From Clostridia bacterium (GTDB taxonomy: Bacteria > Bacillota > Clostridia > TANB77 > CAG-508): DNA of 62,866 bases. The stretch spans positions 1 to 62,866 of the forward strand of contig JAFRDD010000013.1 of the NCBI GenBank assembly GCA_017404025.1, given 5' to 3'. The notes beneath the pieces were generated by a model, which was not told the DNA's origin, did not search any database, and worked only from the letters and a program-made list of their open reading frames with translations. Positions 9,541-19,600 of this stretch are shown in pieces (position 1 is the first letter of the stretch; each line of letters opens with the position of its first letter). A program made the translations under genes and the position numbers.

Positions 9541-10800
9541 GTGGATAAATTAGTGGTTACCGGCCCTACTCCTTTAAAAGGTGAAGTAGTAATAAGTGGA
9601 GCAAAAAACGCAGCAGTAGCAATTTTACCTGCAGCATTATTAATAGATGGTATTTGTACAATAGAAAATGTACCAAATATTAGTGATGTAAAAATTTCTT
9701 GTGAGATTTTAGAAAAATTAGGAGCAAAAATAGATTGGATAGCTCCTAATACTATAACTATTGACTCAAGAAATATAACTACTACAAAAGCTCCTCTAGA
9801 TTTGACTAGTAAATTTAGAGCATCATATTACATAATAGGAGCTATGTTAAGTAGAAAAGGTAGTATAGAAGTAGGTATGCCTGGTGGCTGTAAACTGGGT
9901 GCAAGACCAATCGATCAACATATTAAAGGATTTGAAGCTTTAGGTGCAACAGTTACAGTAGAAAAAGGAAAAATAGTAGCAAATGCAGAAAAATTAGTTG
10001 GTAATAATATTTATATGGATATTGTTTCAGTTGGAGCAACAATAAATATCATGCTATCAGCTGTACTTGCTGAAGGAACTACAATTATAGACAATGCGGC
10101 AAAAGAACCACATATAGTTGATGTAGCCAACTTTTTAAACACGATGGGTGCTGATATTCGTGGAGCTGGAACTGATGTTATAAAAGTAAACGGTGTAAAA
10201 AGATTAAAAGGAGATGCTACTTATTCTGTTGTTCCAGATCAAATAGAAGCTGGTACATTTATGCTTGCAGCAGTTGCTTCAAAAGGAGATTTACTTATAA
10301 AAAACTGTATTACAAAACACTTAGAATCAATTACTGCAAAAATTGTAGAAGTAGGTGCACATGTTGAAGATTATGGTGATAGTATTAGGGTTTGGTGTGA
10401 TAAAAGGCCAAAAAGTGCTAAAATAAAAACTTTACCTTACCCTGGTTTTCCAACAGATTTACAACCTCAAATGGGAGTTGTTTTGTCTATTGCAAATGGT
10501 ACAAGTATGATTAACGAAAATATCTGGGAATCAAGATTCCAATATACTGAAGAATTAAATAAAATGGGAGCAAAAATTTCTGCTCAAGGTAAAACAGCCA
10601 TATTTGAAGGAGTAGAAAAATTATCTGGTTCTCCAGTGTATTCAACAGATTTAAGAGCAGGAGCTGCTTTAATTATTGCCGGAATAGTTGCTGAAGGTAC
10701 AACTGAAATATATAATTTAGAGCACATAGATAGAGGTTATGAAAATATAGAAGAAAAATTCAGAAATATTGGTGCAAATATAAAAAGAGTTACTGAATAG
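9541..10800 (+). CDS. murA: UDP-N-acetylglucosamine 1-carboxyvinyltransferase
   Basis: 419-codon ORF from GTG behind RBS GGAGG. N-terminus is KLVVTGPTPLKGEVVISGAKNAA. Catalytic-Cys loop is PGGCKLGARPIDQH. Confidence 0.93.
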   Translation: MDKLVVTGPTPLKGEVVISGAKNAAVAILPAALLIDGICTIENVPNISDVKISCEILEKLGAKIDWIAPNTITIDSRNITTTKAPLDLTSKFRASYYIIGAMLSRKGSIEVGMPGGCKLGARPIDQHIKGFEALGATVTVEKGKIVANAEKLVGNNIYMDIVSVGATINIMLSAVLAEGTTIIDNAAKEPHIVDVANFLNTMGADIRGAGTDVIKVNGVKRLKGDATYSVVPDQIEAGTFMLAAVASKGDLLIKNCITKHLESITAKIVEVGAHVEDYGDSIRVWCDKRPKSAKIKTLPYPGFPTDLQPQMGVVLSIANGTSMINENIWESRFQYTEELNKMGAKISAQGKTAIFEGVEKLSGSPVYSTDLRAGAALIIAGIVAEGTTEIYNLEHIDRGYENIEEKFRNIGANIKRVTE

Positions 10801-10822
10801 ATAAAGAAAGAGAGAATAACAA

Positions 10823-11611
10823 ATGCTTAATTTTTGTAGTTTATATAGTGGTAGTAGTGGAAATAGTTTTTTTGTTGGTACTGAAAGTACCAACATTTTA
10901 ATTGATGCTGGTGTTAGTTCGAGAAAATTAGAAAAAGCATTAGATTCTTTGTGTATTGACCCTCATTCAATTGAAGGTATTCTAATTACCCATGAACACA
11001 CAGACCATACACAAGGTGTAGGAATATTTTCAAAAAAATATAATATTCCTGTATATGTGAATTCTAAAACTTTAGATGCTATGCCAAAACAAAAAGAAAA
11101 ATTATGTGAAGAAAATATACATTTATTTGATGTCGGTGATTCTTTTTGTATAAATGAACTTAAAATAAGCACTTTTTCTATTCCTCATGATGCTGTAAAT
11201 CCTTGTGGATTTAACATTTTTAAAGATAATAAAAAAATTAGTGTAGCCACAGATATTGGGCACATTACTAATGATATTTTACATAGTTTAGAAGAAAGCT
11301 CTTTTATTATGTTAGAATCTAATTATGACCCAGATGTTCTAAAATATGCTCCATATCCTTATCATTTAAAAACTAGAATTGCTGGTCCAACAGGTCATCT
11401 TTCTAATGAATTAGCTGGAAAAACAATTTCTCATCTTATGAAATCAGGCTTAAAAGGAGCTATGCTAGGCCATTTAAGTAAAGAAAGTAATTTTCCAGAG
11501 CTTGCCTATAAAACTGTTTTAGATGAGATTATTTCTAGTAATTCTAATACAGATTCGTTATTTTTAGAAGTAGCAAACCGTGACTGCCCAAGTAAATTAA
11601 TAACTTTATAA
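10823..11611 (+). CDS. MBL-fold metallo-hydrolase (YycJ/WalJ-like)
   Basis: 262-codon ORF with HEHTDH motif. Confidence 0.78.
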   Translation: MLNFCSLYSGSSGNSFFVGTESTNILIDAGVSSRKLEKALDSLCIDPHSIEGILITHEHTDHTQGVGIFSKKYNIPVYVNSKTLDAMPKQKEKLCEENIHLFDVGDSFCINELKISTFSIPHDAVNPCGFNIFKDNKKISVATDIGHITNDILHSLEESSFIMLESNYDPDVLKYAPYPYHLKTRIAGPTGHLSNELAGKTISHLMKSGLKGAMLGHLSKESNFPELAYKTVLDEIISSNSNTDSLFLEVANRDCPSKLITL

Positions 11612-11622
11612 GGAATGATAAT

Positions 11623-12102
11623 ATGATAACAATAAATATAATTTGTGTTGGCAAATTAAAAGAAAATTTTTTTAAAAGTGCAACAGATGAATATTCTAAA
11701 CGTTTATCTAAATACTGTAAATTGAATATTATTGAACTTCAAGATGAAAAAATTCCAGATAAAATAAATGATAAAATTATGGATGAAGTCAAAACTAAAG
11801 AATGTAACTCCATATTATCACATATAAAAAAAGACTCACATATTATTGCATTAGACCTAACAGGAAAAGAATTTTCATCTGAAGAATTTTCTAAAAAATT
11901 AGATAATTTATCTATGCAAACTAGTAATATTACTTTTATTATTGGTGGTTCACTTGGTTTAACTAAAGAATTATTAAGTGTATGCAATGAAAAAATTTGC
12001 TTTTCAAAAATGACTTTTCCTCATCAATTGATTAGAGTATTTTTATTAGAGCAAATTTTTAGAGCATTTAAAATTTCTAATAATGAGACCTACCATAGAT
12101 AA
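11623..12102 (+). CDS. rlmH: 23S rRNA (pseudouridine1915-N3)-methyltransferase
   Basis: 159-codon SPOUT-type ORF. The length and C-terminal knot region (IGGSLGL...SKMTFPHQLIRVFLLEQIFRAF) are typical of RlmH. Confidence 0.88.
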   Translation: MITINIICVGKLKENFFKSATDEYSKRLSKYCKLNIIELQDEKIPDKINDKIMDEVKTKECNSILSHIKKDSHIIALDLTGKEFSSEEFSKKLDNLSMQTSNITFIIGGSLGLTKELLSVCNEKICFSKMTFPHQLIRVFLLEQIFRAFKISNNETYHR

Positions 12103-12114
12103 TATTTATATTAA

Positions 12115-12257
12115 TTGTAGAGAAAATAGAAGAGAATAAATTTTTTTAAAGGAGTATATGACAAAATCTTTTTTTGGGGCCAAAGTTTTATTAATAAGTC
12201 CTGTTTAACAATAAATTTATATTCTTATTTTTGGGGGAATTTCTATTTTCTCTACAA
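12115..12257. repeat. 17-bp perfect inverted repeat pair enclosing about 110 nt between convergent rlmH and spmB
   Basis: TTGTAGAGAAAATAGAA (12115-12131) and its exact complement TTCTATTTTCTCTACAA (12241-12257). Confidence 0.6.
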
Positions 12258-12366
12258 AATTAAAAACATTTTTTAATTCTTTAATAATTTTTTTGATTAA
12301 AAATCATTGAATAAACTATGGCCATTATAATATCTTTTTTTCATTCTGTCAAGAAAAATCGTTCGA

Positions 12367-12888
12367 CTAAATTCGACAAATTGCTACGCTTACAGCAATT
12401 CCAACAACATCAGCAATTAATGCAGCAGCTAAAACAAATCTTGTATTTTTTATTCCTACTGCTTCTGTATATATAGCAATTGTATATAATGTTGTTTCTG
12501 TAGATCCCATAATAACCGCAGCTATTATACCAAGGTTACTATCTACCCCATATTTATTCATTATATCTGTTGCTACTGCTATTGAACTACTTCCCGATAT
12601 TGGTCTAATTAAAGCTAATGGCATTATTTCACTTGGAAAATTAATTAAATTTAAAATTGGAGTAAATATTTTTGTTAGCAAATCTATTATCCCAGAACTT
12701 CTTAATGTCCCTATTGCCATAAATAATCCTATTAGTGTAGGAAAAATATTTAAGACAATTATTAATCCTTCCTTTGCTCCATCCAAAAAAGTATCAAAAA
12801 CTTTATTTTTCTCAATAATTCCATATCCAATAATTATTAAGACTATTAGTGGCATAGCTATATTTGATAAAAAATTTATTATTTGCAT
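12367..12888 (-). CDS. spmB: Spore maturation protein B
   Basis: 173-codon polytopic membrane ORF (nucleoside-recognition-domain type). Overlaps the upstream spmA-like ORF by 10 nt, as in spmAB operons. Confidence 0.75.
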   Translation of the reverse strand: MQIINFLSNIAMPLIVLIIIGYGIIEKNKVFDTFLDGAKEGLIIVLNIFPTLIGLFMAIGTLRSSGIIDLLTKIFTPILNLINFPSEIMPLALIRPISGSSSIAVATDIMNKYGVDSNLGIIAAVIMGSTETTLYTIAIYTEAVGIKNTRFVLAAALIADVVGIAVSVAICRI

Positions 12889-13481
12889 TTTTTTATTTTT
12901 CCTTTCGAGCTAATTTTTATAAATATCTTTGTTGCTGTTATTCCTGCAATAGCAGCAGATACTGTTGCTACCCAAACTGGAAAAACTATGGCTGTTGGAT
13001 TATTTGAGCCCAAAGAACTTCTTATAGCTATAACTGTGGTCGGAATGAATTGTATAGATGCTGTATTTATAACAATAAACATTGCCATTGTATTAGTTAA
13101 AACTTTTTTGTCTTGATTTTCTTTTTGCATTGTTTTCATTGCCTTAATTCCTAGAGGTGTAGCTGCATTTCCAAGTCCTAATATATTTGCAATTATATTC
13201 ATTGAAATTTCCTCATGTAATTTACTATTTTTATCTATTTCTGGAAATAAAAAATTAATAATTGGTTTAAAAAATTTTGTCATTTTTTTCATAAAAGTTG
13301 TTTTATTTGCAATATTCATAATTCCATTCCATAAACATATATTTCCAATCAAAGTTAAACATAAATTTACTGTATTGGTTGTACTTTCAAATATAGAATT
13401 ATTTAGTTTTTCTATACTTCCAAAAAGAATTGCATATAAAAAAGAAATTATTATAAAAACTGGCCAAATTATATTTAACAT
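12879..13481 (-). CDS. spmA: Spore maturation protein A
   Basis: 200-codon polytopic membrane ORF paired with spmB. Confidence 0.75.
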   Translation of the reverse strand: MLNIIWPVFIIISFLYAILFGSIEKLNNSIFESTTNTVNLCLTLIGNICLWNGIMNIANKTTFMKKMTKFFKPIINFLFPEIDKNSKLHEEISMNIIANILGLGNAATPLGIKAMKTMQKENQDKKVLTNTMAMFIVINTASIQFIPTTVIAIRSSLGSNNPTAIVFPVWVATVSAAIAGITATKIFIKISSKGKIKKCK

Positions 13482-13533
13482 ACTATCACCTAAATAATTT
13501 TATTCTTTTTTTATATTTTTATTACAATAATAT

Positions 13534-13562
13534 TTGACCAAATGATTTATTTATGTTATCAT
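13534..13562 (+). promoter_or_regulatory. Candidate sigma-A promoter of abrB
   Basis: TTGACC - 17 nt - TATCAT, about 35 nt upstream of the RBS AGGAGG. Confidence 0.3.
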
Positions 13563-13598
13563 TAATAAAAACTTTGTATGGTAGTTTAGGAGGTAATT

Positions 13599-13862
13599 AT
13601 GAAGTCAACAGGAATAATAAGAAAAGTAGATGAATTAGGTAGAGTGGTAATACCTATCGAAATTAGAAATAAATTTGATATTTCAGAGAAAGATCCATTA
13701 GAAATATATGTTGATGGTTCTTCTATTGTTTTAAAAAAATTCGAATCAAGCTGCATATTTTGTGGAAACACAAAGAATTTAACTGCATATAAAAATAAAT
13801 TAATTTGTAATAAATGTGCGGAAAAAATTTCAACTTTAAATAATTCAGAAAATCAAAATTAG
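13599..13862 (+). CDS. abrB: AbrB-family transition-state regulator
   Basis: 87-codon ORF. N-terminus MKSTGIIRKVDELGRVVIPIEIR is the swapped-hairpin AbrB/SpoVT domain. Synteny abrB-rsmI matches Bacillus. Confidence 0.85.
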   Translation: MKSTGIIRKVDELGRVVIPIEIRNKFDISEKDPLEIYVDGSSIVLKKFESSCIFCGNTKNLTAYKNKLICNKCAEKISTLNNSENQN

Positions 13863-13880
13863 CAAAGAGACGATTCTTAG

Positions 13881-13990
13881 GTTGACAAGGGGACGGTTCT
13901 TAGGTTGACAAGGGGACGGTTCTTATGGCAACTGTAAAGTTGCCATAAGAACCGTCCCCTTGTCAACCTAAGAACCGTCCCCTTGTCAAC
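13881..13990. repeat. Perfect 110-bp palindrome built from REP-like units (also a bidirectional terminator candidate)
   Basis: 52-nt arms are exactly complementary around the loop TGTAAA. Each arm is two tandem 23-nt units GTTGACAAGGGGACGGTTCTTAG/T, with partial units just outside. Confidence 0.9.
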
Positions 13991-14005
13991 CCTTGTCATC
14001 TTCAC

Positions 14006-14821
14006 TTACAAAAAATGAGTATAAATTTCATTTTTATTAACTTTTCTATCTTTAGCAATTTGTTTTATAATTTCTTTTTTAGTTAATCCACTCACTTCAT
14101 AAAATTTATAATGCTCTTCTAAAGATAACTTATTTAATTCATTTTCATTTTTCTCAATTTTATTTGCCTCGATTATAATTACAAATTCCCCTTTTAAACT
14201 TTCTGAAATTTCAATTAATTCATCTATATTTTTTCTAATAAATTCTTCATGTATTTTTGTTAACTCTCTTGCTAAAACAATTTGCCTATCGCCTATTATA
14301 TTTTTTAAATCTATTAATGTATTTTTTAATTTGTGTGGCGCTTCATATAATATACATGTTTTTGTAATTTTTTCAATCTCATTTAATTTTTCTTTTCTTA
14401 ATTTTTTATTTAGTGGTAAAAATCCTAAAAATTCAAAATTGCTAGTATCAAGTCCTGAACAAATTAATGCATTTATCATTGCACATGCACCTGGTATTGG
14501 TATTACTTTTATATTATTTTCTATGGCTTGCTTTATTAATATTTCCCCAGGGTCGGAGATTCCTGGAGTTCCTGCATCAGAAACTATTGCTATATTTTCC
14601 CCGTTTTTTAATTTTTCAATAATACTATTAGATTTTTCTTCTTCATTATGTCTATGCATACTAATTAAAGGCTTTGTTATTTCATAATGATTTAATAATT
14701 TTAATGTTTGTCTTGTATCTTCCGCTGCTATTAAATCTACTTCTTTTAATGTTCTAATTGCTCTAAATGTAATATCTTCTAAATTTCCTATCGGAGTTGC
14801 TACAACATATAATATTCCCAT
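14006..14821 (-). CDS. rsmI: 16S rRNA (cytidine1402-2'-O)-methyltransferase
   Basis: 271-codon ORF. N-terminus LYVVATPIGNLEDITFRAIRTLKEVDLIAAEDTR is typical of RsmI. Confidence 0.9.
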   Translation of the reverse strand: MGILYVVATPIGNLEDITFRAIRTLKEVDLIAAEDTRQTLKLLNHYEITKPLISMHRHNEEEKSNSIIEKLKNGENIAIVSDAGTPGISDPGEILIKQAIENNIKVIPIPGACAMINALICSGLDTSNFEFLGFLPLNKKLRKEKLNEIEKITKTCILYEAPHKLKNTLIDLKNIIGDRQIVLARELTKIHEEFIRKNIDELIEISESLKGEFVIIIEANKIEKNENELNKLSLEEHYKFYEVSGLTKKEIIKQIAKDRKVNKNEIYTHFL

Positions 14822-15579
14822 TATATTTCACCTTCTTTTTTATCATTATAAATATTTTTTATTTCTTCTGTATATGTTCCATCTTGATTATAAATAATTA
14901 AATCTTCTCTTATTTTTATAAAAGCTTTCGCATTTTTTACCCCTTTTATTAATACCATTTTAGGTGGTTCACCTTGTTTAGAACATATAAATCTTATTTC
15001 TTTTGGTTCTAATTTATAATTTCTCATTAAATAAAATATATCTACTAATCTTTCAGGTCTATTAACCATATAAATTTCGCCCTTATCTTTTAAAATTCTG
15101 CTTGCTACTTTTATAAAATCTTCAAGTGTTGCCGTAATTTCATGTCTAGATATTTGCTTTTTTTCATTTTCGTTTACTAACCCTGTATTTCTTTTTTTAT
15201 ATGGCGGATTTGTAACAACAACATCAAATTTATTGTTTCCATATATTTTTTCTAAATTTAATATATCCTCATTTATTACTTTAAATCTATTTTCTAAATT
15301 ATTTAATTTTATACTTCTACTAGCCATTTCAAAAACTTCTTTTTGAACTTCTACACCTACTATGTTTTTTAATTTTGTTTTTCCACATAATAAAATTGAA
15401 ATAATTCCTGTGCCTGTTCCAAAATCAATGACTTCAGAATTATTTCTAATATTTTTTGAAAAATCTGATAGTAATACACTGTCTATTCCAAAGCAAAATC
15501 CATCTTTTTGTTGTATTATTTTTAATCCTTTTAAATTTAAATCATCTATTCTTTCATTTTCTTTTAATTCTATTTCCAT
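14821..15579 (-). CDS. SAM-dependent methyltransferase, YabB/TrmN6-like (tRNA adenine-N6)
   Basis: 252-codon ORF with FGTGTGI SAM loop and VVTNPPY motif. Overlaps rsmI by 1 nt. Confidence 0.72.
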   Translation of the reverse strand: MEIELKENERIDDLNLKGLKIIQQKDGFCFGIDSVLLSDFSKNIRNNSEVIDFGTGTGIISILLCGKTKLKNIVGVEVQKEVFEMASRSIKLNNLENRFKVINEDILNLEKIYGNNKFDVVVTNPPYKKRNTGLVNENEKKQISRHEITATLEDFIKVASRILKDKGEIYMVNRPERLVDIFYLMRNYKLEPKEIRFICSKQGEPPKMVLIKGVKNAKAFIKIREDLIIYNQDGTYTEEIKNIYNDKKEGEI

Positions 15580-15590
15580 AATTCACCTTT

Positions 15591-15858
15591 TTATTTTTTC
15601 AAAATTTTATTATTTTCTTTTTCTAATTGTTTTAAACTTTTTTTAGGAGTTGGTAAATCTTCTGGCATAGTTCCGACCTGCTTTTTTAATAGCATCTCTA
15701 ACAATTTTTCCTATTTTATTATTTCCTTTCCTTGTTAAATTTCTTTGGTAAAATCTTTTTTTCAGCACCTTTAGGCATTTTGATCGTTTTACTGACGTCA
15801 GTGAAATGTTCAAACGCACCGATATTGCTATTTTCACAAGATATTTTTGCTTTATCAA
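15591..15858 (-). CDS. Small HTH (sigma region-4-like) ORF with in-frame CGG; 0 frame ends 15643, +1 frame ends 15591
   Basis: TTG start at 15858 overlaps the TGA of an 8-codon upstream ORF. HTH-like segment is IAISVRLNISLTSVKRSKCLKVLKK. Codon 62 is CGG (15675-15673). Skipping the C gives GGTMPEDLPTPKKSLKQLEKENNKILKK and a stop 11 nt before the next gene start. Confidence 0.35.
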
Positions 15859-15909
15859 TTTATTTGCTTCAATAACATCATCTCCGTTTTATAATATTTA
15901 CTTTGATAT

Positions 15910-15938
15910 ATTATAAAACAATTGTTTGTAAATGTCAA
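15910..15938 (-). promoter_or_regulatory. Consensus sigma-A promoter for the HTH-ORF/methyltransferase/rsmI operon
   Basis: On the minus strand: TTGACA - 17 nt - TATAAT, both hexamers perfect, directly after the gerMN stop. Confidence 0.55.
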
Positions 15939-15945
15939 TATCTTT

Positions 15946-16482
15946 TTATTTTTCTCTTATATAAATCTGATTAAATTCATCTACTTCATTTCCATCAACA
16001 ACAATTTTTACACTATTTATTTCAGTTAATTCTGTCATTGTATTTACAATTGATTTTATTAATTTGTCTTTTTGTTCTTTGTCAAAATTTAATATTTCTG
16101 CTGAAAAATCTATTACTAAATTGTCTTTTTCCGTATATGTTTTATTTACTTTAGTTCCATTTGGAATTACAGCTTTAAGTTTGTCATTTTTAGGTCCTTC
16201 TAGTAATAAATCTAGTATTTTATCGTACGGAATATTAATTATGTCTTTTATATCAACTCTTCTTGCTTCTGGTTCAACTTTTCCAGTTTCTTGATTTATA
16301 AAATATAAGCTTACTATTGTTTGTCTAAATTGTTCGTCTGTTATTTCCTGTTCTGGTATGTATTCATTTTCTACTAATTCTCCATTCTTTTTGTCTTTAG
16401 CATATTTTATTGCCATTACTCCTAATATAAGTATAGCAATAAATACTAATACATAAATAATAATAATCTTTTTACTTTTCAT
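15946..16482 (-). CDS. GerMN-domain sporulation/germination protein
   Basis: 178-codon ORF. N-terminal anchor, then SLYFINQETGKVEPEARRVDI...LLLEGPKNDKLKAVIPNGTKV, typical of GerM-N domains. Confidence 0.65.
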   Translation of the reverse strand: MKSKKIIIIYVLVFIAILILGVMAIKYAKDKKNGELVENEYIPEQEITDEQFRQTIVSLYFINQETGKVEPEARRVDIKDIINIPYDKILDLLLEGPKNDKLKAVIPNGTKVNKTYTEKDNLVIDFSAEILNFDKEQKDKLIKSIVNTMTELTEINSVKIVVDGNEVDEFNQIYIREK

Positions 16483-16549
16483 TATCTTCCTCCTTGCATT
16501 TTTTATTAATTATTATTATCTATTTGTCCAAAATAGAACAAAAAATTAA

Positions 16550-16621
16550 GTTGCCAAGAGAACCGTCCCCCTGGCAGAAAAAGTTGCCAAGAGAACCGTC
16601 CCCCTGGCAACCTTTGGCAAC
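16550..16621 (+). repeat. REP-like units, two direct copies plus a partial
   Basis: GTTGCCAAGAGAACCGTCCCCCTGGCA at 16550-16576 and again at 16583-16612. Each is a 7-bp-stem hairpin GTTGCCA-N15-TGGCAAC. The array abuts the stop codon of the 1437-codon gene. Confidence 0.85.
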
Positions 16622-19600
16622 TAAACATTTGCTGTTTCTTTTTTTACATTGTTTTCATTATCTAATGCATTTTTTTCATTTTGTTTTATTTTTAAATTAT
16701 CCTTAGCAACAGTCATTAATAATTTAATTCTATTTGCCTGATTTGTTTCACTTGCGCCTGGGTCATAATCAACAGGCGAAATATTGGCCTCAGGATATTT
16801 AGATCTTATAGTTTTTATAACGCCCTTTCCTACAACATGATTTGGTAAACATGCAAATGGTTGAACACAAACAATATTTGGTATACCATTTTCTATATAT
16901 TCTATCATTTCCGCTGTTAAAAACCATCCTTCACCAGTTTGATTTCCAATGGATAAAACATCTTTTACTTGTGTCTCTAAATGCCAAATATCGCATGGTC
17001 CTAAATAACCTTTTTTAGAATTAGCTAAAGCAATTTTTATATCTTTTTCTAAAATATCTATAACTTTAATTACTGCTTTACTAACTTTTGCAGATGTTTT
17101 ATTAATATTTAACAAACTATTAAATGTAATTTTATGTGTTGCCATAAATTTTAAAAATCCCATAAAATCTGGCAAAATAACTTCTGCACCTTCTTTTTCT
17201 AATAAATCTGCTACAAAATTATTTCCGAATGGATGATATTTAATCAGTACCTCTCCAACAATTCCTACTTTTGGCTTTTTAACTGATGCATCTAGTTCTA
17301 TTTTTTCAAAATCGTTTACTATGTCATATATACTTTGTTTAAATTGTTTGTTATTTGATTTTTTTATTAGATTTTTACATTTTTCTAACCATTCTTCATA
17401 TAATTTTTGAGTTTCACCTTTATTTACTTCATAAGCTCTATTTTTTGTTAAAACTTTTTGTAACAAATCTCCATATATTACCGATTTAATCATTTTTTCT
17501 AACATTGGTATTGTAAATTTAAATCCTGGATTTTTTTCCATTCCAACTAAATTAAATGATATTACTGGTACCTGTGAAAGCCCTGCATCCTTTAAAGCCT
17601 TACGTATAAAGCCAATATAGTTTGTAGCTCTACATCCTCCACCTGTTTGTGACATTATTATAGCTGTTTTATTAACATCATATTTACCTGATTGCAATGC
17701 TTCTATAAATTGTCCTGTTGTAATTATTGAAGGATAACATGCATCATTATTTACATATTTTAGTCCTGTTTCTATTGTGTGATTTGTACATTCCCTAAGT
17801 AATTTTACATTATATCCACATGAACTTAAAGCAGTTTCTAACAATTCAAAATGTATTGGCGCCATTTGTGGAACTAGTATTGTATAATCTTTTCTCATTT
17901 CTTTTGTAAAAATATTTTTCTTAATTCCATAATCCCCTATGTTTTCTTCTTCTTTTTTCTCTTGCTCACGCTTTTTCATACTTGCAAGAAGAGAACGTAT
18001 ACGAATTCTTACTGCTCCTAAATTATTAACTTCATCTATTTTTATAAGTGTATACATTTTTCCAAAACTTGCAAGAATTTCTTCTACTTGGTCTGTTGTA
18101 ACAGCATCTACTCCACATCCAAATGAATTAAGTTGAACTAATTCTAAACAATCGTGTTTTCCAACAAAATCTGCTGCTGCATAAAGTCTTGCATGAAATA
18201 CCCATTGATCTACAACTCTTATAGGTCTTTTTGCTTCTGTTTGATTTGAAATACTATCTTCTGTTAAAACGCTCAAACCAAGTGATGTAATTAATGTATC
18301 TATTCCATGATTTATTTCTGGGTCTATATGATAAGGTCTTCCAGCAAGTACAATTCCTTTTAAATTATTTTCTTCTAAGTATTTTACAGTTTCATAACCT
18401 TTGTTTTGAATATCTTTTTTACAATTTTGATATTCTTCTTCTGCCTTTTTTGCAGCTTCAGTTAATTCTTGTTTTGTAAAATTATAACCTTTAAATTCCT
18501 CTAATTCCATTATCTTTTTTACTAAATTTTTAGTTTCAAATGGTAAGAATGGATTTAAAAATTTAATTTTTTCTGTTTTTAAACTCTCCACATTATTTCT
18601 TAGTACTTCAGCATAAGAAATAACAATTGGGCAATTATAACGATTATCTGCTTTTTCATATTCTTTTCTAGAATATGGCATACATGGGTAAAAAATAGTT
18701 GTTATTCCTTGTTCTATTAAGCTTTCAATGTGCCCATGTGAAAGCTTTGCAGGGTAACATACTGATTCAGATGGCATAGATTCCATACCTTTTTCATATG
18801 TTTTTCTATTACTTTTTTCTGATATTATTACTCTAAATCCTAAATTTGTAAAAAATGTAAACCAAAATGGATAATCTTCATACATATTTAAAACTCTAGG
18901 GATTCCTATTGTTCCTCTTTTTGCCTCTTCTTCTTCTAATGGTTTATAATCAAAAATTCTGTTATATTTATACTGGACTAAGTTTGGTAAATCTTTAGAT
19001 TTAGTAACAACTCCTGCGCCTTTTTCACATCTATTTCCAGAAACATGAATTTGTCCATTACTAAATTTATTTATTGTTAATTTACAATGATTTTCACAAT
19101 TATTACAACGAGTGTGAGTTACTTTTATTTCTAATTTATCAATTTCCTCTGCACTTGCTATTTTTGATTTATATTCCATATCTAGATTTGATTCATATTG
19201 TTCTTTTGAAAGTAATGCCATTCCGTAAGCTCCCATTAAGCCTGCTATGTCTGGCCTTACAACATTTTTTCCAACAATCAATTCAAATGCTCTTAATACG
19301 GCATCATTATAAAAAGTTCCACCTTGCACTACTATGTGTTTTCCAAGTGTTTCTACATCTCTTACTTTCATTACTTTTTGAATAGCATTTTTTATTACAG
19401 AATAAGAAAGACCACTTGAAATATCTCCAACTGTATAACCTTCTTTTTGAGCCTGTTTTATTTTTGAGTTCATAAAAACTGTACATCTAGAACCTAAATC
19501 CACAGGTCTTTTGGCTTTTATAGCTTCATTAACAAATTCAGATATTTCTATATTTAAACTTTTAGCAAATGTTTCTATAAATGAACCACACCCTGAAGAA

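Noticed and set aside
13881-13990. Possible CRISPR array, because of the closely spaced repeats
   Set aside because: The units are directly adjacent, with no spacers, and are arranged as a perfect palindrome. No cas genes are nearby.
15884-15886. A further CGG just upstream of the HTH ORF that would also join two frames by a +1 skip
   Set aside because: It lies in the 5' leader downstream of the consensus promoter and is part of the Shine-Dalgarno-like ACGGAGA. The upstream frame is open for only 8 codons, with no start.
16494-16706. 70-codon plus-strand ORF containing KLPREPSPWQ twice; also ORF 20917-21153 with KKLPREPSLWQ
   Set aside because: The repeated peptide is only the translation of the REP-like DNA units. 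There is no RBS, and the ORF overlaps the end of the 1437-codon gene.
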